A stretch of 64,000 nucleotides of DNA from positions 1-64,000 of IMG/VR virus record IMGVR_UViG_3300042887_000976; one strand, written 5' to 3'. Under the pieces are notes generated by a model. That model did not search any database, was not told the origin of the DNA, and saw only the letters and a program-made list of their open reading frames with translations. Source of the DNA: a virus. The translations under genes and the position numbers were made by a program. This document shows, in pieces, positions 44,529 through 55,008 of this stretch (its first letter is position 1; every line of letters begins with the position of its first letter).

Positions 44529-45701
44529 CTAACTGTATATAACCGCAGAATGCGTAGAGGAAACCCAAACATCAGAAACCAATGAAGAGGTAGGAGGTTC
44601 TACAAATGTTTCTACAGTATTAGATACAGGAGTTGTTGTAGTTGTACCATCTGTAGCAATCATCAATGTAGTAAATAATTCTGATTTAGTAAGTTCATGT
44701 TTAGCAGACTTTACATACCAAAAACCATCTAATTTAGAATTATATTTGTCTACTTTAACAATGCTTCCAGGGCGTAGTTCAGGGCTACTTGTAACTACAA
44801 CTTTTGCAGTATTTGAAAACTTTCTACGAAGAGCACCTTCTACTATACGTTTTCCCATTTCATAGTTGTCAACATTAATATTTAACGTGTCAGTAAATAA
44901 AGATTCTAAAGAATTACTTAACCCAGAAGTATCATCAGTTATAGAACTGGATAGGCTCATTAGTAATCCATCTTTATCTAGAATATGCAAAGTATCAGAA
45001 GTTCTTGTTGCAGAAGTAGTAACAGCACCAATACGTCCTTCAAAACTAATTATTTGTCCGTAAGTTGGTACAACATTTCCATATGAACCTGTAATGCTTT
45101 TTAAAACAGCATAAGAAATGTTTCTACCAAATAATTTATAAGGGTCCCAAATATGAAGATTAGTTCCTGTAATGGTTATTGAGTATCCAAGTTTTTTGCA
45201 TGCGTCAACAAGAAACGACCAATCAGATTGGTTAGTTTGGACTAACCTAGTAAACCTGTATGAATCTTTAGGAACTGCAACAGATAACTTGTAGGTGTCT
45301 GCAATACTTACAGCAATGTCTGAAATAGTTACATTTTCCCAAGATTTAGATTTTTTAGATTTCATGATGTAACTAGAACTCATGCAATACATGCGGGTAA
45401 TTTGAAATGAACTGTGGTTTACAAGACCGTCATGAGTAACAGATGTAGGTTCTAAAAAAACAATGTACCCAACAAAATTAATACCTGTTACACCATCAAA
45501 ATCAATTTTAATGCTTATAGGTTTATCAATGTAATCAGAAACTGTTTCTGGGTTTATACCACTAATATCAATAGTTACTAATGTATGTTTGTTTTCTTCT
45601 TCTTCAATAGTAACACGTTGCATTTGGGTATAGTCCGTAGGGACTTTGTCAATGCTTATATCAACAGTAGGAGATAAAGGAGATGCAGACTTAAAAATCA
45701 T
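44529..45701 (-). CDS. Baseplate hub protein (gp27/GPD-like)
   Basis: S.W...T.SDIA..IA, Q...SDW.FL.....K.GY, L.PG..V, G.WYV....H. Confidence 0.8.
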   Translation of the reverse strand: MIFKSASPLSPTVDISIDKVPTDYTQMQRVTIEEEENKHTLVTIDISGINPETVSDYIDKPISIKIDFDGVTGINFVGYIVFLEPTSVTHDGLVNHSSFQITRMYCMSSSYIMKSKKSKSWENVTISDIAVSIADTYKLSVAVPKDSYRFTRLVQTNQSDWSFLVDACKKLGYSITITGTNLHIWDPYKLFGRNISYAVLKSITGSYGNVVPTYGQIISFEGRIGAVTTSATRTSDTLHILDKDGLLMSLSSSITDDTSGLSNSLESLFTDTLNINVDNYEMGKRIVEGALRRKFSNTAKVVVTSSPELRPGSIVKVDKYNSKLDGFWYVKSAKHELTKSELFTTLMIATDGTTTTTPVSNTVETFVEPPTSSLVSDVWVSSTHSAVIYS

Positions 45702-45958
45702 GGCAATGGAATCACAAGCACTGTCCCAATAGGGATTTGGTCAGGAAATCTAACATACGGGTTTAATCCTGCAATTTTCCAATATTGTGTAGAATCATTT
45801 AAAACACGTGCTGCAATAATATCAAAGGTGTCTCCATATGTAGACACAATAGTGGTAGTACGTTGTGCAGTGTACCTAGCACCTTTTACAGCAATAGGCA
45901 CGGAAACATTATCTTTTGTAGCAACTGATGCTACATAACGGGAATTTGAAAAAATCAT
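45698..45958 (-). CDS. LysM / tail X-like baseplate protein
   Basis: SRY, GDT.D.IA........W.IA..NP......I..G..L.IP. Confidence 0.85.
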   Translation of the reverse strand: MIFSNSRYVASVATKDNVSVPIAVKGARYTAQRTTTIVSTYGDTFDIIAARVLNDSTQYWKIAGLNPYVRFPDQIPIGTVLVIPLP

Positions 45959-47838
45959 CGTCTACCAAATGTTGGGTCGTTAACTGCATTAATACCCTGA
46001 GTATTGGGATTTATTATGTGCCCACTTGCTTTGGTAACACGGTTTTTTACATTATCACCAACTGCTGCTTTTGATTCTGCTGTTATTACAAGAACAAAAA
46101 CAACATAAACTGAGGTGCCAAAATAGGCGCTAGGGGTTTTTAAACGTTCTTCGTCAAGACCTGCTTCGTTTAAAGAAGTACCAAAGTAGTCGTGGTTAAA
46201 CTTCCCAAATGTTTTTTCTTGTTCCCATTTGTCACTGTCTAGTTCTGACCACTCTCGTAACTGTGGGTTTTTCTTAGTATTAATATATCTAAATTCAGAA
46301 GTAGCAATAGGTCGTAAATCTCCTATTACGCCATCAAAATTACCTTTTTCTGCTACTTGAACAATATCATTGGGGTTGTTATATTTTGCTTTGTTAGCGT
46401 CCGCAGCACTATAAATATACATAGTATAAGATTCAATACCAAGATTCATTGCAGTGTCTTGTTCCTGCCGAAATGTTGAACCCGCAGTTAAAATTAGTTT
46501 GTTCCTGAAGGCGGTCTGGAGTACCTCCCCTGGTTGGTAACCAAACTCTAAGTTAGGTATTTGTGAATAGTTATTGTCAATTTTATTTTGATACCGTCTA
46601 TAAAACCAACCATTTAAAGTTTCGTTGTCTTGCCAATTAAGGTCAACTGTAGCCTCTTCGTATTGGGCAAATGTTGGGTATGCATAGTCTACGCCTTCTT
46701 GGATACAAATTACCTGTTCTTTTACAAGTTGTATGCAATCTGCAATATTTTTACTTGTTTCTGCGTCATTTGCAGCATCAGTTTGAAGTGCTTCAGTAAG
46801 TTGTGTGCTAACGTAAGAATCTTTTTTAGCAAAGCCAATGTACATTGCTTGAACACTTAGGGTCACTTGACAAACTGTTGGAACCATGTTTCTACTGAAT
46901 TTATGAAAAGCCACGTTAGAAGCAGTTACAAAACCTTCAACCATAAACAAAGATGAAAAAACAATACGAATAGGCATTGGGTTAAGGAACGCAGAGTTAC
47001 CCAATACTTTGTTAAGACTGTCTGCATATTTAGTGTCTGTACCTGTACCTAAAAAATCTGTGTCTCCATATGGTTGTACAGGCTTTCCATCTTTATCAAG
47101 TTCATCTGAAGGGCGCAATTTTTTGGTTGCCTCCCAGTAAGCCTGAATGCTTCTAATAGAGTCAAATGTGATTGATTGACCAATAATAGAATCAAGTACA
47201 TACAAATCTACAAGTACACCAAGGTCACCTAATTGGTTTTGTTTATAAGCAAGACCACCTGCCTTGAGGTCTGCTCCATAATTAGCAAGGTTTGCTGAAA
47301 GGGCAGATGTTTTTTCAAGTTTTCCATTAGCATTAATGTATTCTTGCGCTGATACTTCGTGTTCACGATTAAACAACAATTGAAATTCAAAACTTGCTTG
47401 ACCTGGAATAGGTTGAAGTAACTGAGTAGGGTCTTGAAGTAGCGGGTTAAGCGTGGTAGTGCTGGCTTGCACTGAACGTAAAATAAGGCTTGGATTAAAC
47501 TGAAAAAAACAACGCCGAGTAGGTGGTGTAATACCTGTATATTTAGTAGTTAGTTGTTTATTTGTTTTAGGGTCTTTTGCTGCATTAATCTGGGTAAGTA
47601 CTTCAGGAAAAATGCCTCTAATAAAACCACGTTGGATATTAGTGTTGGTTTTAGGAGCCCCAGGAACATCATAAACATTTGGTGGAGTTTTACCTGGAAA
47701 ATAAAACTCTGGGTTGTCTTCAGCCGTTCGTGATACTCCACGAGTTTCAGCGCCACTAGTAACTAAATTTAAAAACTGGTCTGAGGAATAGCCAGTTGTG
47801 TTAACATTTGCATTTGTGTTTGGGTTATATGTTGTCAT
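45955..47838 (-). CDS. Tail tube initiator / baseplate protein
   Basis: FQFNP, F.L.F.R, F...F.VEG.V......F..F...M.P; position after the tape measure. Confidence 0.65.
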   Translation of the reverse strand: MTTYNPNTNANVNTTGYSSDQFLNLVTSGAETRGVSRTAEDNPEFYFPGKTPPNVYDVPGAPKTNTNIQRGFIRGIFPEVLTQINAAKDPKTNKQLTTKYTGITPPTRRCFFQFNPSLILRSVQASTTTLNPLLQDPTQLLQPIPGQASFEFQLLFNREHEVSAQEYINANGKLEKTSALSANLANYGADLKAGGLAYKQNQLGDLGVLVDLYVLDSIIGQSITFDSIRSIQAYWEATKKLRPSDELDKDGKPVQPYGDTDFLGTGTDTKYADSLNKVLGNSAFLNPMPIRIVFSSLFMVEGFVTASNVAFHKFSRNMVPTVCQVTLSVQAMYIGFAKKDSYVSTQLTEALQTDAANDAETSKNIADCIQLVKEQVICIQEGVDYAYPTFAQYEEATVDLNWQDNETLNGWFYRRYQNKIDNNYSQIPNLEFGYQPGEVLQTAFRNKLILTAGSTFRQEQDTAMNLGIESYTMYIYSAADANKAKYNNPNDIVQVAEKGNFDGVIGDLRPIATSEFRYINTKKNPQLREWSELDSDKWEQEKTFGKFNHDYFGTSLNEAGLDEERLKTPSAYFGTSVYVVFVLVITAESKAAVGDNVKNRVTKASGHIINPNTQGINAVNDPTFGRR

Positions 47839-50633
47839 TATGAGTTCCTTAACAAAGCCATACGAACTTCACGGTCTAGAAGATGCGCAACATCTTTTGC
47901 CATACGTTCTACGTCACCGCTGTAATTATTGCCACCATTTAAATTAATTGTTGGAGCAATACTAACATGAAAAGTGTTGCCACTATCTCCTTGGACGACT
48001 ACAGACCCACCACGGGTGGGAGCAGACATTGCCATACCCATGCCTGATACAGGGTCACCCTGTTTGGGGTGTCCTGAGGTGGCATAACCCGCTTCTTTAA
48101 CGTACTTAGTGGCTTGTGGGATATTGGTGTTTCCTAATGGGTTACCTGTGTCGTCTTTCCAATGCTCCCAGTTATTACCGTGCCCAGACAATTTCCAAGC
48201 AACTCGTGCATTTGTAGCAGGGTTAAACAGTTCTTCATTCTTTTTAAGGTTATAGTAACCTCTACGAGCAGGGCCCATAGAACCTTTCATATTAATTTGC
48301 ATCAAACCATATGAAAGGTCATCGTCATCATCAGCGAATGATTTAGGGTTAAACCTAGATTCTCGGTGCGCAATGGCTACTGCCTCTACTAACCGTTTTC
48401 CTCTAAAGCCTGCTTTGTACATAATGGCTGCTACTTGACGACCCGTTAGGGGACCTTTGCCACTGTAACTTCCAACACTAGATGACCCACTAGATGACCC
48501 ACTACCTGGACTTCCACCACCCAAAGATGCGGCGCTAAGGCTTCCTCCCCCTCCTGCTCCTTGTAAGTCAAGACCCATTGCTTCAATAGCCGCACCCATG
48601 CTAAGTCCTGCGTATCCTTGGATTTTAATGTCTACTCCCTGTTTACCAGAAGAGCCACCCATGCTACTAACACCACCATGCATCATTGTTTCTAGCCCTT
48701 TAATAGCCGCATTGGTATCTGTGGGTTCTGCAACTACACCGTTGTGTCCCCAAGGGGCACCCATCTTTTCGTACTGAGAGCGAGAGCCAGGAAGTTCAGC
48801 AGGTTGTACGTGCCAAGGTTCGTTATTGACATCATGAAATGAACGAAGTCCAAAGTCTTTGGCGTGTTCCTTTACCCAATCAAATTCTGTTGATGGTGCA
48901 AAGTCAACTGCCAAACCAATTTCGTGCATGGACATACCTGGAGGGGCTGCGGCTGCACCACGAACACGTTTCCAATATTGTCCTTTCCAGAAAACATCTG
49001 TTTTTTCTGGAGTTGGCTCATAACGTGATTCAAACAGTTGTTTCTGTTGTTCAGTAGAGCGCACACCACCACCAATGTAAAGGCGTGGGTTAGCCTTCAT
49101 CATTGCTTCTACTTTTTCACGCATTTTTGGGTGAAGTTTTGAAAGTTGACCACTGCTTTTAGCAACGTTTCCGCCAGTACCACCCTTTTTAGCACCTGGT
49201 TCTTTTTCACCTGTAGCGTCACCCAGGAATGCACCCGCAACACCTGCGGCAATACCTAAGGCTGGTCCAACTCCAGGAATAAAAGATAATGGAAGTGCAG
49301 CCCCCTTAAGAGCAGCACCCGCTATCCCAGCGGCTCCACGATTACGTGCTTTAAAGCCCATAGCACTAGAGAAAGTGTCATCTAGTTTTTGTAATGCACG
49401 TGTAAGGGATTGCATTCCCTTTTCCATAGCAGCGTAGTTATCCGCTTGCTTGTCATACATATTTTCTTCACGACTTGCTTTTACACGCTCGGTCTCTTCA
49501 TTTTGGTTAGCATAAGTATCTTCAACGCCAGCAATTTTGCGGTCATACTTATTGGCTGCGTCATACATACCTCTACCACCCTTCTTCTTAAACGCAATGT
49601 TTTCTTTTGCGTATTGAAGGGTAATATCTTGCATTTCTTCGGGGACACCTGATTGACGCAGACGTTCACGAGTCATTGAACCTTGTGTCATAGCACCTTG
49701 AAGAGAACTTTCGGTAGTTAACCCAAGGCGCTGAACAGTCCGTTGCACAACTTCCTTAGCACTGCGCTGTTGACCACCAACGCCGTACATACCAGTTCCC
49801 ATAGTCATAAACATACGGTTGGCTGATTCAGGACCAGCCATAGTTTTTGTCATTTGGTTTACTTGGTCAGTTGAATAACCATAACCAGAAGCAGCACGTA
49901 AAAACTCAACGCTGTTACCTTGTTTGTTAGCGTCAATACCTGTAGAGGCTTCTAAACTTAAAACACTATTAATTCCACCAGCACCTAGTTTGTATTGGGT
50001 AAGTGGTTTGCGCTTATTATCTCGTACTTCTTGACCACTCATGCCTGTGGTTTGTTGAAGAAGCATGTCCATGCGGTTGGCTGATAATGAATAAGCAGCG
50101 TTATTATTAATACGGTTGTTCAGTGCAGCACCAATAGCCCCTGCAATTTGCTTGGCAATGTCTGCACCAGTAGCAGCAGCACCTCCGCCGCCTCCTCTAC
50201 CGCCTCCTCCGCCCATCATTGTTAAGTTTTGACTACGGTCAGTAGTGATATGGTATGTATTGAACATACCTCCACCGCCACCGCCACCAAGGAGGCTATC
50301 GGTAAGGGTGCCCGCAGGAGCCCCGTTAGGGCTTGCAGGTCCACTAGGGCTTGTAGGTCCGCCTTTACCACCGCCCATACCATTCATGGCATTGGCAACC
50401 TTCTGCATTTTGGCAGCCCATTGCTCAGTTAAAGTAATAACTTTAGGAAGGTCTGTTTTAAACTTGTTAATGTTTGTATGCAACTTGGTAAGAGCCGCAT
50501 CAAGTTCTTGTAATGGTTTTAAGTCTGCGGAAAAACGATTGTTGCCACTAGCAGCAGGGTTACCCATACGCTCGCCAGGACGAACACCACTATCAAGGGT
50601 GTCTCTGCTATCTGCTATAGGATTTTCTGCCAT
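47838..50633 (-). CDS. Tape measure protein with M15 peptidase and lytic transglycosylase domains
   Basis: Helical Ala/Gly-rich N-half; RS..QQ..L, SMHE.GLAVD, EPWH (M15); AIA.RES..NP, YGLMQIN (SLT-like). Confidence 0.85.
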   Translation of the reverse strand: MAENPIADSRDTLDSGVRPGERMGNPAASGNNRFSADLKPLQELDAALTKLHTNINKFKTDLPKVITLTEQWAAKMQKVANAMNGMGGGKGGPTSPSGPASPNGAPAGTLTDSLLGGGGGGGMFNTYHITTDRSQNLTMMGGGGGRGGGGGAAATGADIAKQIAGAIGAALNNRINNNAAYSLSANRMDMLLQQTTGMSGQEVRDNKRKPLTQYKLGAGGINSVLSLEASTGIDANKQGNSVEFLRAASGYGYSTDQVNQMTKTMAGPESANRMFMTMGTGMYGVGGQQRSAKEVVQRTVQRLGLTTESSLQGAMTQGSMTRERLRQSGVPEEMQDITLQYAKENIAFKKKGGRGMYDAANKYDRKIAGVEDTYANQNEETERVKASREENMYDKQADNYAAMEKGMQSLTRALQKLDDTFSSAMGFKARNRGAAGIAGAALKGAALPLSFIPGVGPALGIAAGVAGAFLGDATGEKEPGAKKGGTGGNVAKSSGQLSKLHPKMREKVEAMMKANPRLYIGGGVRSTEQQKQLFESRYEPTPEKTDVFWKGQYWKRVRGAAAAPPGMSMHEIGLAVDFAPSTEFDWVKEHAKDFGLRSFHDVNNEPWHVQPAELPGSRSQYEKMGAPWGHNGVVAEPTDTNAAIKGLETMMHGGVSSMGGSSGKQGVDIKIQGYAGLSMGAAIEAMGLDLQGAGGGGSLSAASLGGGSPGSGSSSGSSSVGSYSGKGPLTGRQVAAIMYKAGFRGKRLVEAVAIAHRESRFNPKSFADDDDDLSYGLMQINMKGSMGPARRGYYNLKKNEELFNPATNARVAWKLSGHGNNWEHWKDDTGNPLGNTNIPQATKYVKEAGYATSGHPKQGDPVSGMGMAMSAPTRGGSVVVQGDSGNTFHVSIAPTINLNGGNNYSGDVERMAKDVAHLLDREVRMALLRNS

Positions 50634-50641
50634 AGTTAACC

Positions 50642-50791
50642 TTAGGATTGATTACGCCAACGAGCCATTGATTTCCAATAATCTCGCTGACGTACTGTCA
50701 TATGTTTTAGGTCGTCCAGACCAAACCCTGTATAAACAGAAGCAATCGTTTCGTATTCCCAATAAGTAAGCGTGAGGTTAACTGAATAAAA
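50642..50791 (-). CDS. Tail assembly chaperone C-terminal extension (probable frameshift product)
   Basis: Y.EY..I.....GF.L.D...M.VR.R..W; no good start; overlaps the end of the chaperone gene. Confidence 0.6.
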   Translation of the reverse strand, partial: FYSVNLTLTYWEYETIASVYTGFGLDDLKHMTVRQRDYWKSMARWRNQS

Positions 50792-51572
50792 GTGAGACCC
50801 AGTCCATGATGATGAGGAGTTCTTCACTGCACTTAGCGCACTGAGTCTTCACCTCCTCCATCTTTGGCCCAGGAGGGTTGTTGGTGAGCGCTCGTACCAA
50901 CTTGCTGCGGTCACTTACACCAAGGTGTTTTGCCCATTGTTCCGTATTTGTAGGTTGGTTATCGTCCCATTCGGAACAACGAGCCAACATCATTGTGTTC
51001 TGTTCAGCAGTTGTCTTAGCCTTTTTTGCTACATGTGAACTATCTGCGCCAGTTGGGTAACGTAGTTTAACGATAGAACCATCACGCAATTCAACTTCTA
51101 TTGGAAGTGTGAAATCTTTTTCTGGAAACTCAAATGAAAAATCTTCATCAAGGTTTAGTGTTACAAAGTTAGTTTCTCCGCAGTTTCCACAAGACACTTC
51201 CATTTCACGGAAACGACCGTAGGTTGCTTTCATAGCACCAATAAACAAAAGGTCTCGGTCACCAATCATCAGTTGGTCAATTAGTCCTTGATTTTTTGCA
51301 ATGGGTACATCCCCAATAGTTACAACTGCTCGTTTAAGTAAAGCACTCATATAATCACTATAAACCATGTCGGATTTTGTAGTTAAAGAAACAATGGCTT
51401 CTTCATCTTCTCCGTTTAACTCACGAATAATTGCATTTTGCAACCACTCGTCTTCATGTTTTATTCCACGCATTAGTTTTACAGACGCTGGAGGCGCTGA
51501 ACCCATACGTGGGGCTGAATCTTTAATTGCTTCGTTAGCGGCTGATACCACTGATTCTGAAATATTTGACAT
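50778..51572 (-). CDS. Tail assembly chaperone / gp26-like protein
   Basis: RELNG.DEE, L.IGDRD.L, C..C, RYPTG.D, C..C; between tube and tape measure. Confidence 0.8.
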   Translation of the reverse strand: MSNISESVVSAANEAIKDSAPRMGSAPPASVKLMRGIKHEDEWLQNAIIRELNGEDEEAIVSLTTKSDMVYSDYMSALLKRAVVTIGDVPIAKNQGLIDQLMIGDRDLLFIGAMKATYGRFREMEVSCGNCGETNFVTLNLDEDFSFEFPEKDFTLPIEVELRDGSIVKLRYPTGADSSHVAKKAKTTAEQNTMMLARCSEWDDNQPTNTEQWAKHLGVSDRSKLVRALTNNPPGPKMEEVKTQCAKCSEELLIIMDWVSLLFS

Positions 51573-51596
51573 TTTATTCTCCTATTTGTTAATTTT

Positions 51597-52256
51597 TTAG
51601 ACTTGTGCGTCTAGTGCTGCAATTTCTGCATCTGTCCACGCAAGCATAAAACCTTCGTGAACCAAACTTAGTTCATGCACCATAATCTCGCTACCACTTG
51701 CATTAAGACCACTCATTGTGAATGATGCAGGCCATGCATTGAAAATTTTGATACCAAGTTTTTTCTTGCCATTTTGTGTTGTAGTACTATTACCAACATT
51801 GTCAGTGTATGAAGCATTAGAGTGTGGGTGGTCGTATACCCATACAACAACGTCACAACGATAATCAGAACCACCTGTAGAACCAGGAGCACCTGACTGC
51901 CAGTTGTGGATAAAGCGTTGCCATTTCCACAATTGGTCTTGTTTTTCAATAACACCACGTTGGAATGAAATAGGTGCAAAGTCAGTCTGACCAACCATCT
52001 TGTGTGGGTGGGTGTTCATTCCACCTTCACGGTATTGAATAACTTCGTTAGTTACAGCCAAACCACTCATAGCGGCAAAGCCAAGGTTTTCTAAACCAAC
52101 AGCAAATTTTGCAAGACTGTTGTCAGCAGAACCAGGAGCACCTGGGGCGACTGTTCCAGGTGTGTTTGGTGAATCACTTGATGCTGTGGTTGTTGGTACT
52201 AGAAATTGTACTTCAAACTTAAATGAGCGGATTGGGTCTGTGCGTGTAGTAGGCAT
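51597..52256 (-). CDS. Tail tube protein (T4 gp19-like)
   Basis: DP.R.F.F.V, GF...SGL......YREGG, PI...RG, NAWP, E..LVHEG. Confidence 0.92.
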   Translation of the reverse strand: MPTTRTDPIRSFKFEVQFLVPTTTASSDSPNTPGTVAPGAPGSADNSLAKFAVGLENLGFAAMSGLAVTNEVIQYREGGMNTHPHKMVGQTDFAPISFQRGVIEKQDQLWKWQRFIHNWQSGAPGSTGGSDYRCDVVVWVYDHPHSNASYTDNVGNSTTTQNGKKKLGIKIFNAWPASFTMSGLNASGSEIMVHELSLVHEGFMLAWTDAEIAALDAQV

Positions 52257-52265
52257 AATTACTCC

Positions 52266-53801
52266 TTAGAGTGTCTCGGTAACGGTGCTTCCACCGCTGA
52301 ATTGGCTTACGTTAATAACAATAAATTCAGCAGGAGTTTGCAAAGCAACACCCACTTCAACATTTACTTCTCCTGAATCAATTGTAATGCTTGTGTTGTT
52401 TGTTTCATTACAGGTAACATAAAATGCTTCAGAAGCATTATTACCTTTAAGAGCACCAGAAGAATATAAACCACTCAACATTTTAGCAATGTTTCCAGAG
52501 ATGCTAGTCCACAAGCGAGGACCATTTGGTTGGAACAATGCTGGCTTTGTAAGTTCTTCAACTTGGGCTTTAACGTAGTTAAGAGTACGGCGGCTAGGGA
52601 TGTACTTTGTATTGTCTGTTTTAATAAGGGTACGGGCACCATTAACAATAACTCCTGCACCAGGAACGTTCTTAAGCGTGTTTACATGGTTGTTATATAA
52701 AGTACCAATAGTACTCTCATTGAAGTTAACTGTAGTGCCAAAAGTATTTGCTAACGAGTAAGCGTAACCAGCAGGTGCACGACCAACCCCACGTTCTGCG
52801 TCAACACGTTGGTACAAACCAAGAATTGCGCCACCTGGGTAGGTGTCACGAAGTGCGGCTGCTCCACGAACAGCAGGGTTACTCATAGAAAGTGTTGGGT
52901 AATACACAGCAGCGTAAGAGGTACCTGAACCATAACCTTGGATACGGGTGTTAATGTCTGCGGCTGTTGTGAGTGTCTTGTCTGGGTCAATGACTAAGAA
53001 AGAATTCTTACGGGAACCTTCAACGGCTCCATCAACATAACTAATAGCGTTAGTAATAATAGATGTAGAACTTTGTCCTACAAGGTTAATTGTTAATTGA
53101 CCTTCAACATTATCCAACAAGCGCAAAGTACGTGCCCAGTCAGCATCTGTAATAACACTTCCATCTGCTCCTGCTGTAAAAGCCTGGTTAGAAGCGTTGC
53201 TAACTGTGTAGGCTGTCCCCGCTGCAAAAGCGGCTGAGGCAGCAGCATTGTACATAACATCATACGCTTGGACATAAGAAGAGTAATTGTTTAAAACTGC
53301 TGCAATATAACGAGAGTTATCAGGGTTAAGACTTAACTCTGACCAACTTTCTACTTCAGACCCACCGTAACTAATAACCAAATTAAAAGTAGGAGTAGTT
53401 CCTGTAATGTTTCCTGCGCTTACTGTTGCAGTGATTGCATTACCCCAAATTCCTGGGTTAGGAGCCCTAAGTTTAAATACTGTTTGAGCACTACTATTTG
53501 CAGTACCAGTAAAAGTACTTGAGGAAACAGCAGTTGTGCTTGCACCAGAAGTAACACGAGTTACATAAGCACTACGTCCACCATTTGAAAAGAAATGATA
53601 AAGGGCATAACCCATTTCGTAGTTTGCTGTTAAATCACCAAATTGGTTTTTGTATGAAGCCCATGATTGTACAAGTGCTGGTGTAGAAGGACCACGTTCA
53701 GCGGTTCCTACAAAAGCAGCAGCAACCGTAGCGGGGCTACTGGTTACATTAGTTGTAAATGGTCCTTCGGTAACGTAAATACCTGGGCGTGAATATGTCA
53801 T
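52266..53801 (-). CDS. Tail sheath protein
   Basis: Y.RPG.Y..E, F.G...RGP, FF.NGG, YYP, RGV..APAG, GART, F.PN...LW, PAEFI. Confidence 0.95.
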   Translation of the reverse strand: MTYSRPGIYVTEGPFTTNVTSSPATVAAAFVGTAERGPSTPALVQSWASYKNQFGDLTANYEMGYALYHFFSNGGRSAYVTRVTSGASTTAVSSSTFTGTANSSAQTVFKLRAPNPGIWGNAITATVSAGNITGTTPTFNLVISYGGSEVESWSELSLNPDNSRYIAAVLNNYSSYVQAYDVMYNAAASAAFAAGTAYTVSNASNQAFTAGADGSVITDADWARTLRLLDNVEGQLTINLVGQSSTSIITNAISYVDGAVEGSRKNSFLVIDPDKTLTTAADINTRIQGYGSGTSYAAVYYPTLSMSNPAVRGAAALRDTYPGGAILGLYQRVDAERGVGRAPAGYAYSLANTFGTTVNFNESTIGTLYNNHVNTLKNVPGAGVIVNGARTLIKTDNTKYIPSRRTLNYVKAQVEELTKPALFQPNGPRLWTSISGNIAKMLSGLYSSGALKGNNASEAFYVTCNETNNTSITIDSGEVNVEVGVALQTPAEFIVINVSQFSGGSTVTETL

Positions 53802-53840
53802 TTCTTCTCCTAGATGGGGTAGATGGTATGAAGTCTTTTA

Positions 53841-54518
53841 TTAATTCGTATAGTCAATATTAGCGACTATCTCGGTGGTCTGCTGGGTGCCATATATATC
53901 AGTTGAAGGCAGTTCTGCCGACATCTGCAACGTATAAACCTTGCGGAAAATGCGCTTACGGTAACCCGCTTCGGGGTCCAATAAGTCAGCAGTTGACCAG
54001 TCAAGGAGTTCTAATCTGCGGTCAGTGTTGTCCGCATCAATGTGAATGGAACCCCTTCGGAAGGGGAAAACCTTAGTAAGCATGTTTGCTGACAACTGAC
54101 GGTCATGAAGGGCGCTACGGGTAAAAGTAGACACTTGATACAGAAGGTCAACAGGAACAAATTCATTACTTACAAGAACTTGAAAATCATTTTTATTATC
54201 TAAATAACCAAAATCAGGGGAGTTGCTAGGCCAGTAATTCATGGCATTTGGCATAACCGAAGCACCTGTTGGGGCAGATGCTCCCCCAGCGGTGTTGTAA
54301 TAGTAGATAGGAAGTTCTGAATGCTGGCGGTTTTTAGCATGGACAATGTCAAGCATTTCAATAGTGACAAAAGGGTATTCACGTTCAGTTTCAGCATCAG
54401 GGTATCTAAAGAACACCTGTACTGGGCGAGTGTTATTACGGTCATCTGTAACAGTAAGACCCGTTAAACGCTTTTTAATAGCCTCATCTTCGGCAAGTAG
54501 AAACCCTGTACGTGTCAT
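53841..54518 (-). CDS. Tail terminator / completion protein
   Basis: Position before the sheath; V.F..P..E....YP..TI, LYQ. Confidence 0.65.
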   Translation of the reverse strand: MTRTGFLLAEDEAIKKRLTGLTVTDDRNNTRPVQVFFRYPDAETEREYPFVTIEMLDIVHAKNRQHSELPIYYYNTAGGASAPTGASVMPNAMNYWPSNSPDFGYLDNKNDFQVLVSNEFVPVDLLYQVSTFTRSALHDRQLSANMLTKVFPFRRGSIHIDADNTDRRLELLDWSTADLLDPEAGYRKRIFRKVYTLQMSAELPSTDIYGTQQTTEIVANIDYTN

Positions 54519-54940
54519 TAGTAACCACCACTTAGGAGTTCATAAGCCTTATCAGTGACTTGTGAGCCAAAGTTCTCTTTGCTTGCATGGGCAGATGAGC
54601 GTAGTAAAGGTGCTGGTGGTCTGTCTCCGTCACCAAACTCCAAAGATAACGCTTTATTGTTTTCTTTTACGTCCTCAGTAGCAACAGAATACTTAAGCAT
54701 ACGCTCTTCAGGAGAGTATTGAACTTGAATTTTGTCTGCCAAAGGAGCCCAACCTGTGTCTGATTGGCGGGCTTTATCCCTAATCATGGCTTGTTCAGCG
54801 GTAGATACATGGTCAATAGCGGTGCTTATAGCGGCATGATAGTTATTAATAACTTGCTCAAAGTGGCCTACAAATGCAAACATGCCCGACAAAAGGGGTG
54901 CAGAACTGTCGTTAAGTTGTGTTGAAGAAGAGCCTGTCAT
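54518..54940 (-). CDS. Neck / tail completion protein
   Basis: LEFG....PP.P.LR motif; position. Confidence 0.6.
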   Translation of the reverse strand: MTGSSSTQLNDSSAPLLSGMFAFVGHFEQVINNYHAAISTAIDHVSTAEQAMIRDKARQSDTGWAPLADKIQVQYSPEERMLKYSVATEDVKENNKALSLEFGDGDRPPAPLLRSSAHASKENFGSQVTDKAYELLSGGY

Positions 54941-55008
54941 GGCTTGGTCCTTACGCAGTTCTAGGCAAATGTAGCACCTTGACGCTCATCAAGGATAGTA
55001 CAAGTTTA

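Noticed and set aside
54977-54996. Hairpin CCTTGA...TCAAGG as a ribozyme or riboswitch
   Set aside because: Single short stem; no recognisable conserved core
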